A stretch of 64,000 nt of DNA, taken from Patescibacteria group bacterium. GTDB lineage: Bacteria > Patescibacteriota > Minisyncoccia > Phycocordibacterales > UBA9973. Made by a program: the position numbers and the translations under genes. This document shows, piece after piece, positions 18,438 through 27,566 of the stretch (the first letter of the stretch is position 1; every line of letters starts with the position of its first letter). The notes beneath the pieces are model-generated. The model made no database searches. It had not been told where the DNA came from and worked only from the letters and a program-made list of their open reading frames with translations. The DNA is taken from the NCBI GenBank assembly GCA_038061925.1, contig JBBTYD010000002.1:352-64351 (forward strand). Direction: 5' to 3'.

Positions 18438-19043
18438 ATGTCCCAACTTCAATACAACGAAATTCGCGAGAAGAAAATAATAATTTATAACAATGAGCCT
18501 TGCGAAGTGATTGAGTCTCATGTCGCGAGAACTCAGCAAAGAAAACCGCAAAACCAGGTGAAACTCAAAAGTCTGATTGCGGGCAAGACAATCGCCGCCA
18601 CTTTTCATGTTTCTGAATCGGTGAATGAGGCAGATATCGTAAAACGCGATATTACTTTCCTGTATCATAACAAAGGAGAATATTGGTTTTGTGATCCAAG
18701 CAACAAAAGTAAAAGATTTAAATTAGATGGATCACTTATTGGAGAAGCAGAAAAATTTTTAAAACAAAATGGAAACGTGACGGCTCTCGTCTGGGATAAC
18801 GGTGAAGAATCCGATGACGCTAAAGCGACGGGCAATGGAAAAATAATCAAAGTCGCCCTGCCAATTAAAATGGAATTTAAAGTGAAAGAAGCTCCCCCGG
18901 CCGTGCGCGGGGATACGTCGAAAGGAGGGATGAAAGTGATAACTCTGGAAAATGGGACAACTCTCAACGCTCCGATGTTCGTAAGTGAAGAAGATATGAT
19001 TAGTGTCAATACTGAAACTGGAGAATATGTAGAACGGATTTGA
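18438..19043 (+). CDS. efp: Elongation factor P
   Basis: PPAVRGDT..K...LENG....P.F......VNTETGEYVER. Confidence 0.93.
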   Translation: MSQLQYNEIREKKIIIYNNEPCEVIESHVARTQQRKPQNQVKLKSLIAGKTIAATFHVSESVNEADIVKRDITFLYHNKGEYWFCDPSNKSKRFKLDGSLIGEAEKFLKQNGNVTALVWDNGEESDDAKATGNGKIIKVALPIKMEFKVKEAPPAVRGDTSKGGMKVITLENGTTLNAPMFVSEEDMISVNTETGEYVERI

Positions 19044-19046
19044 AAT

Positions 19047-19247
19047 CTATTTGACCACAAAAGGAAGCAATCCTAGGAACCGCGCGTGTTTGATGGCGGA
19101 AGCCAAGGCGCGTTGATTTTTAGAAGTTACACCAGTACGCTTATGGTTTATAATCTTGCCGTTAGGGTTTAAAAACTTCTTGAGGATTTCAACATCCTTA
19201 TAGTCTATGAACTTTATATTATTAGCGGAAAAGTAATCTTGTTTCAT
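19047..19247 (-). CDS. rpsR: 30S ribosomal protein S18
   Basis: [15 protein letters not shown]...RTG...[21 protein letters not shown]. Confidence 0.97.
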   Translation of the reverse strand: MKQDYFSANNIKFIDYKDVEILKKFLNPNGKIINHKRTGVTSKNQRALASAIKHARFLGLLPFVVK

Positions 19248-19258
19248 TTTTTTATTTA

Positions 19259-19705
19259 TTAAAATGGAATATCTTCAGGGTTAATATTTTCTTCCGGGTA
19301 TTCTATACTTTCGACTTCTTCACTTTTATCACTTGAAGTTTTTTGCGCAGTTTGGGTTCCTCCTGCAATTCCTCCTCCCTTTGGACCAAACTGGGTGCGA
19401 TCGGCCACCACTTCGGTGCGATATTTTTTCTCTCCACTTGTCTTATCATCCCAGCTTCTTGTCTGAATCCTACCCTCCACCAATATTGAATTTCCTTTTT
19501 TCATATACTGCGCAACTGTTTCCGCTTGACGTCCAAAAACCACAATATTGTGATAATCAGCGGACTCCTGGCGTACACCATTCTTGTCTTTCCAAACACG
19601 ATTGGTCGCCAGAGAAAATGAACAAACTTTCACACCGGTTGGCAACGAACGGAGTTCTGGATCTCGAGTAAGGTTCCCTATTAATATTGCTTTGTTTAAA
19701 TACAT
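19259..19705 (-). CDS. ssb: Single-stranded DNA-binding protein
   Basis: [27 protein letters not shown]-terminal EDIPF. Confidence 0.98.
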   Translation of the reverse strand: MYLNKAILIGNLTRDPELRSLPTGVKVCSFSLATNRVWKDKNGVRQESADYHNIVVFGRQAETVAQYMKKGNSILVEGRIQTRSWDDKTSGEKKYRTEVVADRTQFGPKGGGIAGGTQTAQKTSSDKSEEVESIEYPEENINPEDIPF

Positions 19706-19749
19706 ATAATTTTAATTATTGATTTTTAAATTAAGTAATCATGAATTGA

Positions 19750-20253
19750 TTACACTGCAATCAACGCGTCTATCTCTTTATCTATTTCCTCTTTGTTAAT
19801 AGAAGTAAGAACTTCATTATTCACGTTTTTCTTCATTAGGGGTTTCTTATATGTCTCGCCTCGCCCAAATCTTTTAGCCGCGATAGTGTTTTCTTTTACT
19901 GTTTTTAATATTAAAAATCGAATAAAGTTAGAATCAAGATCGAGATGCTTTTTTAGCTCCAAAATCTTCTCCGAGTCCATCATAAATTTAGTCCAACCAA
20001 AATAAGCCGTACTAAATTTATGGCGTACGTTGGATGTTATTTTTTGCATCGAGTAAGCGAGGTTGGTAATTTTCGGCATTTCGTCTGAAATAATCTCACC
20101 CCTAAAAGATAAGATAAGTTCTTTAAGATTGCCATAAATAATTCCTACGTCTTCCTCTTTGATTGCAGGCACCAAAAGATATCCGAGTTCGTAAACCCTG
20201 GAATTTAAACTCTCTGATACTTCATTTTTGTCTTTAATTTCCGTCTCTGGCAT
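19750..20253 (-). CDS. rpsF: 30S ribosomal protein S6
   Basis: VYELGYLL..LAYSM..AYFGW..IRFLILK; rpsF-ssb-rpsR order. Confidence 0.92.
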   Translation of the reverse strand: MPETEIKDKNEVSESLNSRVYELGYLLVPAIKEEDVGIIYGNLKELILSFRGEIISDEMPKITNLAYSMQKITSNVRHKFSTAYFGWTKFMMDSEKILELKKHLDLDSNFIRFLILKTVKENTIAAKRFGRGETYKKPLMKKNVNNEVLTSINKEEIDKEIDALIAV

Positions 20254-20330
20254 AAATTTCATATTAGCAAAAACCCTCTAGAAAGTAAACCCCGATACTC
20301 AAAGTGAAAGCGTTGAGGTAAAATTTATAT

Positions 20331-21173
20331 TTAAATCTTAAAAACTCGCCTGGCATTAGCAATAATAGCCAGGGCTACTTCCGATTCAGATATATTCTTA
20401 ATCTCGGCGATTCTTTTGACCACTTGTTTTACGTAAGCGGGCTCATTCCTTTTGCCTCGAAAAGGAACAGGGGTAACGTACGGAGCATCCGTCTCTGACA
20501 TAATCATATTAAGCGACGTATTTCTAATAATTTCGTCATAATCTTTTGTAAAAGTGATAACCCCGGTAAAAGAAAGAGTGAAACCGAAATTCAAAAACGC
20601 TTTTGCTTCTTCCCAAGTCCCAGCAAAAAAATGTACATTGCCTTTTACTTTTGAATGAGCTTTTAAAATTTCAAGAGTGTCGAGATACGCGTTATGCTCA
20701 ATATGATTTACGCCATGGCGTATATGCAACATCAGCGACTTATCAAATTCATTGGCAAGTTCTATCTGCTCGATAAAAGCTTTTTTCTGTTTTGAAATTG
20801 ATTCTTCCGTGCAACGATAATAATCCAACCCACACTCGCCGATACCAACTACCTTCGGGTCTTTCAAAAGCGCTCGGTAAAATTCTTTATTAAAAACTTC
20901 TCCCCGAGAAGCGAATTCTTTTCCGCCTTCGCCCAATTCCTTTTTATCATGATAAGAAACGCCAGTATGGATTGGATGTAAACCGACGATAGCATACACG
21001 CCTTCTTTGTGTTGATTGGCTATTTCAACCGCCTTTTGGGAAGTATCTGCTTGCGTACCGACATTTATTACCCAAGTATCGTTCTCAAAAGAACGCTTTA
21101 GAACCTCATCTTTGTCTTCGTTAAAGACTTTAAAATTGACGTGACTGTGGATGTCTATGTATTTTGGCATCAT
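20331..21173 (-). CDS. tatD: TatD family DNase
   Basis: IDIHSH, GLHP, IGECGLDY, LHIR, VHFF, ETDAPY..RNEP. Confidence 0.95.
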   Translation of the reverse strand: MMPKYIDIHSHVNFKVFNEDKDEVLKRSFENDTWVINVGTQADTSQKAVEIANQHKEGVYAIVGLHPIHTGVSYHDKKELGEGGKEFASRGEVFNKEFYRALLKDPKVVGIGECGLDYYRCTEESISKQKKAFIEQIELANEFDKSLMLHIRHGVNHIEHNAYLDTLEILKAHSKVKGNVHFFAGTWEEAKAFLNFGFTLSFTGVITFTKDYDEIIRNTSLNMIMSETDAPYVTPVPFRGKRNEPAYVKQVVKRIAEIKNISESEVALAIIANARRVFKI

Positions 21174-21174
21174 A

Positions 21175-22611
21175 TTATTCTTTGCGTAAAAAAAGAGGTT
21201 TCTTCGGTTTTTTGTTTTCTTTTATCAATTTTTTAAGGATGATATTTGTTTCTGGCATTATCGGATTTAGCATTCTGGCAATTTGATATAAACGAAGAAC
21301 CATATTGGAAATTAATTCTTTTCCTTTTTTTTCGTCTATTTTCACAACTTTGAATGGTTGTTTCTCTTGAATAAACTTATCAAGTTCTCCGATCTCGTTC
21401 CAAATATAATCCACCGCTTGCTTGATATCGAACTTTTCAAAAAAACTGAAGTATTTATTGAAATCAGATTTTTCGGGAATTTCCGGACATCTATCTAGGT
21501 ATTTTTCGGAAAGTGTCAATATGCGCGAAACCAAATTTCCAAGTCCATTGGCTAAACCAGAGTTATAAACCTCCTTGAAACGTTTTATTGTGAACGGACT
21601 GTCTTCAAAAGTGGATATCTCCCGCAAAAGAAAATATCGTAGCGCGTCTGTGCCATATTCTTTCACAATATCGGCTGGATTTATCACATTGCCGATAGAT
21701 TTGGACATTTTAATTCCACCCTCGCCCGTGATAAAACCATGATAGAGAATAGAGTCAGTGGTGGGCAAATCGGCCGACAGCAACATTCCTTGCCACATTA
21801 CTGATTGGAATTTCACCATATCTTTACCGGCCGTTTGAACTGTTTCTCCATCTCGCCAAAATTTTTCAAAAGCTCCTCTATTGTCGGGCCATCTTAAGGT
21901 TGAAATGTAATTTATAAGAGCGCCAAACCAAACATACATAACTTGCGTATTATCTCCCAGTATCGGTATTCCCCAGGAAAAACGTTTTCGGTCGCGCGAG
22001 ATTGAAAAATCTTCCAGATCGTTTTCTACAAAACTTATAGCTTCGGCTCTGCGCCATTCTGGAAAAATAACTTTTTCATTGGAAAGATATTCCAGAAGTT
22101 GCTTTTTATAATTTGTCAATCTAAAAAAATAATTTTCTTCTTCAATCATCTCGGGTTTTTGGGTCAGATGAAGCGAACACTTGTCGTCCAGAAGATCTTT
22201 TCCCGTAATAAATTTTTCGCATCCGACGCAATAAAGTCCTCGATAGGTCTTTTTATAAATGTCCCCTTTCGCGTCACACAGACGCCAAAATTCTTGAACT
22301 GCTAAAATATGTTCTTTACTGGTGGTTCTAATAAAATTATCATACGAAAGATTAAGCACGTTTTTGAGCTCTAAAAATTTTTGCGCATAATAATCAACAT
22401 AATCTTGCACATTTTTACCTTCTTTTTTACTCGCTTCCCAAATCTTTTGACCATACTCGTCCGTGCCAGTGCTAAAAAAAACATCTTTTCCGATAAGACG
22501 CTGATATCTCGCAATGGCATCTGATTGCACAATTTCAAAAGCAAAACCAATATGAGGATCAGCATTCACATAAGGAATCGTCGTGGTGATATAAAAACTA
22601 TCTTTTTTCAT
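21175..22611 (-). CDS. metG: Methionyl-tRNA synthetase (short form)
   Basis: YITTTIPYVNADPHIG, YCVGCE, MYVWF, KMSKSIGN. Confidence 0.96.
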   Translation of the reverse strand: MKKDSFYITTTIPYVNADPHIGFAFEIVQSDAIARYQRLIGKDVFFSTGTDEYGQKIWEASKKEGKNVQDYVDYYAQKFLELKNVLNLSYDNFIRTTSKEHILAVQEFWRLCDAKGDIYKKTYRGLYCVGCEKFITGKDLLDDKCSLHLTQKPEMIEEENYFFRLTNYKKQLLEYLSNEKVIFPEWRRAEAISFVENDLEDFSISRDRKRFSWGIPILGDNTQVMYVWFGALINYISTLRWPDNRGAFEKFWRDGETVQTAGKDMVKFQSVMWQGMLLSADLPTTDSILYHGFITGEGGIKMSKSIGNVINPADIVKEYGTDALRYFLLREISTFEDSPFTIKRFKEVYNSGLANGLGNLVSRILTLSEKYLDRCPEIPEKSDFNKYFSFFEKFDIKQAVDYIWNEIGELDKFIQEKQPFKVVKIDEKKGKELISNMVLRLYQIARMLNPIMPETNIILKKLIKENKKPKKPLFLRKE

Positions 22612-23681
22612 TACTTGTTTGTTCGAGCTAAAGTCTTATTCTTTTCAATATCACTCAGAAATTCCATCACAATAACCGCCACTGGAATGGCCAGCACTAA
22701 TCCCCAAAATCCACCCAATTCAAAACCGATCAAAGCGGATAAAATGATGACGATCGGTGAAAGACCCACTATCTTTTTAATAATAAGCGGAGCAAAAAGG
22801 AAAACTTCAAATTGATGAATGATGAGATAAGCCCCAGTCACCATCAAGGCACTTGAAATTCCGTTGGAAAGGTAGGAAAAAGTAAAAGCTGGAATCAGAG
22901 CAACCCAAATACCATAAGGAATCATTTCCATTACTCCTGTAATAATGGCTAGAAGAAGCGCATACTCTATACCCAAGAGTGAAAGTGTTAAATAAATGAG
23001 AACGGCCACGACCATTCCCAAAACCATCTGCCCTTTCATCCATAAGGCAATCTTACGGCGAGAGCGCTCCCAAAGATCCACCACATAATCTTCACGTTGA
23101 ATTGGAAAAATAAGTCGAAGGAAATTTTCTATTCCCTTTTCTTGAATTGAAAGATAAAAAGAAACAAGGATAATCAATATAAAATTGAAAACGCTTCCAA
23201 AGACAGCCGAAAATATTTGAAAAAATCCCCCCGAAATATTCAAAATGAAAGCTTTGGAGACTGAAAATAATGTAGTCAGCGAAAAGTTGCTTCCGAGGGT
23301 ATTCACTATGTCCTTAGCGCCAGAGAATGCTTCATTTTGAAAATAATCTAAAAAAGAGACACCTGGTATGTAAGTCGAAATAAAGGTGGAAAAATTATAA
23401 ACTTCAGTTATCAAAAGCGGGGCAAAAAGATAAAATAATCCGGCTAAAGTAAGAAGCGACAGAACATACAAAATCACAATCCCAAACACCCTATTAATCC
23501 CCACTTTTCTAAAATAAGGGACAGCTGATTCCACAAAAGAAGCAATCACGATAGAGGTTAAAACTATAAAGCCTAAATCTCGCAAGAACCATAACAAAAA
23601 GAAACAGAGCAGAACGAGCACCGCTCGAACCATCGTCTCGGTAGTGATAGAAATAGAAGTGGTGGCGTTTTTTTCAAACAT
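22611..23681 (-). CDS. AI-2E family (PerM-like) transporter
   Basis: Multiple TMs; GQ...EMIPY.G..P.I..K.VGLSP...GG.WGLVLAIP. Confidence 0.9.
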   Translation of the reverse strand: MFEKNATTSISITTETMVRAVLVLLCFFLLWFLRDLGFIVLTSIVIASFVESAVPYFRKVGINRVFGIVILYVLSLLTLAGLFYLFAPLLITEVYNFSTFISTYIPGVSFLDYFQNEAFSGAKDIVNTLGSNFSLTTLFSVSKAFILNISGGFFQIFSAVFGSVFNFILIILVSFYLSIQEKGIENFLRLIFPIQREDYVVDLWERSRRKIALWMKGQMVLGMVVAVLIYLTLSLLGIEYALLLAIITGVMEMIPYGIWVALIPAFTFSYLSNGISSALMVTGAYLIIHQFEVFLFAPLIIKKIVGLSPIVIILSALIGFELGGFWGLVLAIPVAVIVMEFLSDIEKNKTLARTNK

Positions 23682-23718
23682 AGAAATATGATACCATAAA
23701 AATGAAGAGAGTAGAAGA

Positions 23719-24987
23719 TTAAAATTTCAGTATTTTCAAAAACCGGGTCTGAGTGGTAAAAGGCCCAATAAGCGCTAAATTAAGCTTTTTATTCGTAAAA
23801 ATATCTTTGGCTAAATTTTGGATTTGATTGGCTGTAACCTTGCGTATTTCTTCAGCTTTCTCGGAGGCTTCCTGAATTTTATGTTTTAAAAGTTCTTGTC
23901 CACCGTAAAAATTCGCGATATCGTCACTCGACTCCAGAGATAATTTCATATTACCTATTAAAAACTCCTTAACTTTATTTAATTCTTCGGGAGTAACCTG
24001 GTAATTTTTTAATTTTTTGCATTCAAGAAGTATTGCCTGCAATACTTCATCAATCCTTTTATTATCCACTCCGGCGGAAATTTGAAAGAATCCATGATCC
24101 GTATAAGAATCATTAGATGCACGAACATAATAACCGACACCCATCTCTTCCCGAAGTTTGATAAAAAGACGTGAACTCATTCCCCCACCGAGTACTCCAC
24201 CCAGCACAGAAAGAATTACATTTTCCCGACTAAATAAATCATAAGTGCGTACACCTAAAATAAAATGCGTCTGGTCTGTTTTTTTATAGTTAATCAATAC
24301 CTGCGGATATTTTTGTTTTTCTTTCACTTTTACTTTGAGACCTTTGTTGCCACGCGCAACCTTGCCAAAAATTTTTTTTACTTCGCTCATTACTTGCTTT
24401 TCTGTCACTTGTCCAGCGACAGTTAACACAGTCGCTTCTGGCAAATAATGTTTCTGATGATAATTGATAAAATCTTCCCGTTTCATATTTAAAATATTTG
24501 CCTTGGAACCCGCGATCTTCCAGCCTGCTGGCTGGTCTCCATAAAGCAACTTCATCAGCAAATCCTGCACGTGCTTGTGGAGCATATCTTTATACATATT
24601 TATCTCCTCTATAATCACGCCTTTTTCTTTCTGCATCTCCACATCTGGAAAAGTAGAATTGAGATATATATCTGACACAATATCAAAAATTCGATCAAAA
24701 TGGCGAGCATCAGATTTGGCATAATATCCCGTGTATTCTTGCGCGGTAAAAGCGTTGTACTGACTTCCCAATACGTCTAATTCTTTTGAAATATCAATAG
24801 CCTTGGGTCTCTTAAGAGTGCCTTTAAAACACATATGTTCCAAAAAATGGGAAATCCCATTTATCTTTTTTGTTTCATATTTTGATCCAGCTTCCACTAA
24901 GACCAACACCGTCACCGTCTCGTTATCTTTCATTGGCACGGTGATCACCCGCAGTCCGTTATTTAAAACTTTTTTTGAGAATTTCAT
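23719..24987 (-). CDS. M16 family zinc peptidase
   Basis: GISHFLEHMCFKGT (HXXEH), NAFT, EKGVIIEE, GGGMSSRLF..LRE. Confidence 0.95.
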   Translation of the reverse strand: MKFSKKVLNNGLRVITVPMKDNETVTVLVLVEAGSKYETKKINGISHFLEHMCFKGTLKRPKAIDISKELDVLGSQYNAFTAQEYTGYYAKSDARHFDRIFDIVSDIYLNSTFPDVEMQKEKGVIIEEINMYKDMLHKHVQDLLMKLLYGDQPAGWKIAGSKANILNMKREDFINYHQKHYLPEATVLTVAGQVTEKQVMSEVKKIFGKVARGNKGLKVKVKEKQKYPQVLINYKKTDQTHFILGVRTYDLFSRENVILSVLGGVLGGGMSSRLFIKLREEMGVGYYVRASNDSYTDHGFFQISAGVDNKRIDEVLQAILLECKKLKNYQVTPEELNKVKEFLIGNMKLSLESSDDIANFYGGQELLKHKIQEASEKAEEIRKVTANQIQNLAKDIFTNKKLNLALIGPFTTQTRFLKILKF

Positions 24988-24990
24988 AAT

Positions 24991-25422
24991 TTAAGGTAAT
25001 TGATTTTTAAATTTTTCTAAAATAATAGGAACTACTGAGTGCAAAGATGTTGGAAGTTTATCAAGTCGAAACCATCCTAGATTGTCAAATTTATGAGGCT
25101 CACCATTAATAACTTTAGATGGATCAACCAAAACTAAAAAGGTTATATTAATCCAATGCGTATTTTGAGCATCTAGATTTCTGAAGACATCCATATAACC
25201 TAAAAGATTATATGCCATTGGGTTAACACCGTACTCTTCTTTTAATTCTTTTTTAAAACAAGCTTCAACTGTTTCCCCAATTTCAAGACTACCACCACCA
25301 AAATCCCAAACGCCATGTTCGTCGCGACAATTTAGACCTCTTTTATTCATAAGATAATTTCCCTTACCATCATGACAAACATAACCAACGGAAACACCGA
25401 TATAATCAATCCCTTTTTGCAT
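24991..25422 (-). CDS. NUDIX hydrolase
   Basis: Nudix box GGSLEIGETVEACFKKELKEEYG; NGEPHK..WF. Confidence 0.9.
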   Translation of the reverse strand: MQKGIDYIGVSVGYVCHDGKGNYLMNKRGLNCRDEHGVWDFGGGSLEIGETVEACFKKELKEEYGVNPMAYNLLGYMDVFRNLDAQNTHWINITFLVLVDPSKVINGEPHKFDNLGWFRLDKLPTSLHSVVPIILEKFKNQLP

Positions 25423-25467
25423 AAATAAAATATATCACAAAAACCACATCTTACATAATTTAAATTT

Positions 25468-25511
25468 ATTGACTATTTTTATGCTATAGCATAATTATAG
25501 TTTAAACCTGA
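25468..25511. repeat. Dyad-symmetric direct repeat, downstream of PaaX/Cas2-like gene 1
   Basis: ATTGACTATTTTTATGCTATAGCATAATTATAGT..CCTGA; 30/34 identical to 26119-26152. Confidence 0.88.
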
Positions 25512-25517
25512 CTGAAC

Positions 25518-26099
25518 TCATAAATTAAATTCCCTTCGAAGATTCTTGTCATTTTCGATGCTATCCGCAATTATATAAATTAAATCTCTACCTACTTTAA
25601 AATCTACTTTGAGCAACATTATCAAATCTTCACAATCATAAGGATAAACCCATACACTATCTTGTAAACGAACAAAACCTATCTGCCTTAAAGTATGTCG
25701 AACTCTATTTCTTAAACTTTTCCTTTCCTCTTTAATATCAAAAGTGAGAAGCCGCCATTTCCCATCCCATTTTCTGGGCTTTTTTATTTTGTAATCATTT
25801 ATTTCCAATTGTCGCAATTTTGCTTCGCCTTTCGAGGTCAGCTGTGCAAAATTTCTATTATCTACCTTCTTCCATAAAATTAATTCATTCTTTTTTAACC
25901 TCTCTAAAGAACGATTGAAAGAATATTTACGAAATTTACTTTTCATAAACTCCGGTTCTAATTTACTTAAAATTTTTGTCATTTTTGGGGCTATCAAAGC
26001 GACACCAAGTCCACCTATGACAAAAATTGCAGTCAAAATAGCTTTTTGAAGATTAGCCTTGCGAGTTCTTTTCTTTGATTCTTTTTCTAACTGTCCCAT
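25518..26099 (-). CDS. Stand-alone PaaX-like protein (wHTH + Cas2-like domain), copy 1
   Basis: LTSKGE wing; WDGKWRLLTFDIKEERKSLRNRVRHTLRQIGFVRLQDSVWVYPY. Alternative start at 26120. Confidence 0.88.
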   Translation of the reverse strand: MGQLEKESKKRTRKANLQKAILTAIFVIGGLGVALIAPKMTKILSKLEPEFMKSKFRKYSFNRSLERLKKNELILWKKVDNRNFAQLTSKGEAKLRQLEINDYKIKKPRKWDGKWRLLTFDIKEERKSLRNRVRHTLRQIGFVRLQDSVWVYPYDCEDLIMLLKVDFKVGRDLIYIIADSIENDKNLRREFNL

Positions 26100-26118
26100 A
26101 TTATTTGTTGCTACTAAC

Positions 26119-26161
26119 ATTGACTATAAGTATGCTATAGCATTATTATAGTAAATCCTGA
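26119..26161. repeat. Dyad-symmetric direct repeat, upstream of PaaX/Cas2-like gene 1
   Basis: ACTATAA-gt-ATGCTATAGCAT-ta-TTATAGT; overlaps a minus-strand TTGAAT-16-TATAAT. Confidence 0.88.
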
Positions 26162-26216
26162 AGAAAATTCAAGATTTTTCTTTAAATTTCTTACCTTCAA
26201 CGACAATGAATCTTTA

Positions 26217-27536
26217 TTAATTTATTTTCTCTTTTATATAATTTTTTAAATCAGAAACTTTTACTCTTTCTTGTTTCCCAGTATCTCTGTCCCGCACGGT
26301 CACTGAGTTATCAGCCAAAGTGTCAAAATCAACCACAATGCAAAATGGCGTGCCAATTTCATCTTGCCGGCGATAACGCTTGCCAATATTGCCATTGTCA
26401 TCCCAGGCGACACGACCAAATTCCGCTTTAAGCTGAGCAAACACTTTTGTGCTGGCGTATTCTACAAGTTTTGGTTTGTTTTTAAGCAAGGGCGAAACAG
26501 CACAGATTACGGGAGCAATATTGGGTTTAAATTTTAAATAGGAACGTATTTCCTCGTCTTTATTCTCTTCAGTGTAAACAGAAAGAATCAGAGCAAGAAC
26601 GGCCCGGTCGACACCAAAAGTCGGCTCAATGACATGTGGAATCATCTTTCCCCCTTTTTCTTCATCTATGTATTCGAGTTTATGATTTTTTAAGTCAAAA
26701 TCTGTCCTATAAGCAAGACCAAAAAGTTCTTTTTTCCCGAAAGGATAGTCAAATTCAAAATCAACTGTCCGGCTGGAATAATGCGCTCTATCTTCCTTGG
26801 CCACTTCCAGTTCGTGAACTTTTGCCATATCGAGTCCGATCTCTTCCATAAAGTCGAGCATCTCATCTTTCCAATATTCAAAATATTTTTCCCAATCTTC
26901 TTGTCTGATAAAATACTCAATCTCCATTTGTTCAAATTCTCGCTCTCGAAAAAGAAAATCTCTAGGCGTAATCTCATTCCTAAAGGCCTTACCGATTTGC
27001 GCCATCCCAAAGGGCAGTCTAGGGTGAAAAGCATCCACTGTGTTTTTAAAATTAACAAACATTCCCTGCGCTGTTTCCGGCCTTAGATAAACAGTGGCAA
27101 CCGAATCTTCCATTGCGCCTATTTGGGTGGTAAACATCATATTAAATTGTTTCTTTTCCCCCAATTTGCCTCCGCATTCGGCGCACTTTTTTGCATCTTC
27201 AATTTGATCAGCGCGAAACCGTCTCTGGCACTTTTCACACTCTACCAGCGGTTCAGAAAACCCGGCTACGTGCCCTGAAGCTTCCCAAACTTTTCTATTC
27301 ATTAAAATAGCCGTGTCTATTCCATACATATCTATCCTGGAATCTACGAATTTTTTCCACCAAAATTGCTTAATGTTATTCTTCAAAGTCAAACCAAAAT
27401 GCCCCCAATCATAGGTACCAGCTAGCCCACCATATATTTCCGAACCTTGGAAAATAAATCCACGCCTTTTACAAAGTGAAACTATTTTTTCCATTAAATC
27501 ATTCTTTGGATCTTTATTCATTTTTTTTTCTCGCAT
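26217..27536 (-). CDS. glyQS: Glycyl-tRNA synthetase, alpha2 type
   Basis: LCKRRGFIF..SEIYGG, YLRPETAQG, IGKAFRNEI, REFEQME, HVIEPTFG, GKRYRRQDEIGTP. Confidence 0.97.
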   Translation of the reverse strand: MREKKMNKDPKNDLMEKIVSLCKRRGFIFQGSEIYGGLAGTYDWGHFGLTLKNNIKQFWWKKFVDSRIDMYGIDTAILMNRKVWEASGHVAGFSEPLVECEKCQRRFRADQIEDAKKCAECGGKLGEKKQFNMMFTTQIGAMEDSVATVYLRPETAQGMFVNFKNTVDAFHPRLPFGMAQIGKAFRNEITPRDFLFREREFEQMEIEYFIRQEDWEKYFEYWKDEMLDFMEEIGLDMAKVHELEVAKEDRAHYSSRTVDFEFDYPFGKKELFGLAYRTDFDLKNHKLEYIDEEKGGKMIPHVIEPTFGVDRAVLALILSVYTEENKDEEIRSYLKFKPNIAPVICAVSPLLKNKPKLVEYASTKVFAQLKAEFGRVAWDDNGNIGKRYRRQDEIGTPFCIVVDFDTLADNSVTVRDRDTGKQERVKVSDLKNYIKEKIN

Positions 27537-27566
27537 ATAATTCAGCAAAATTACCCTCCGGATTAA

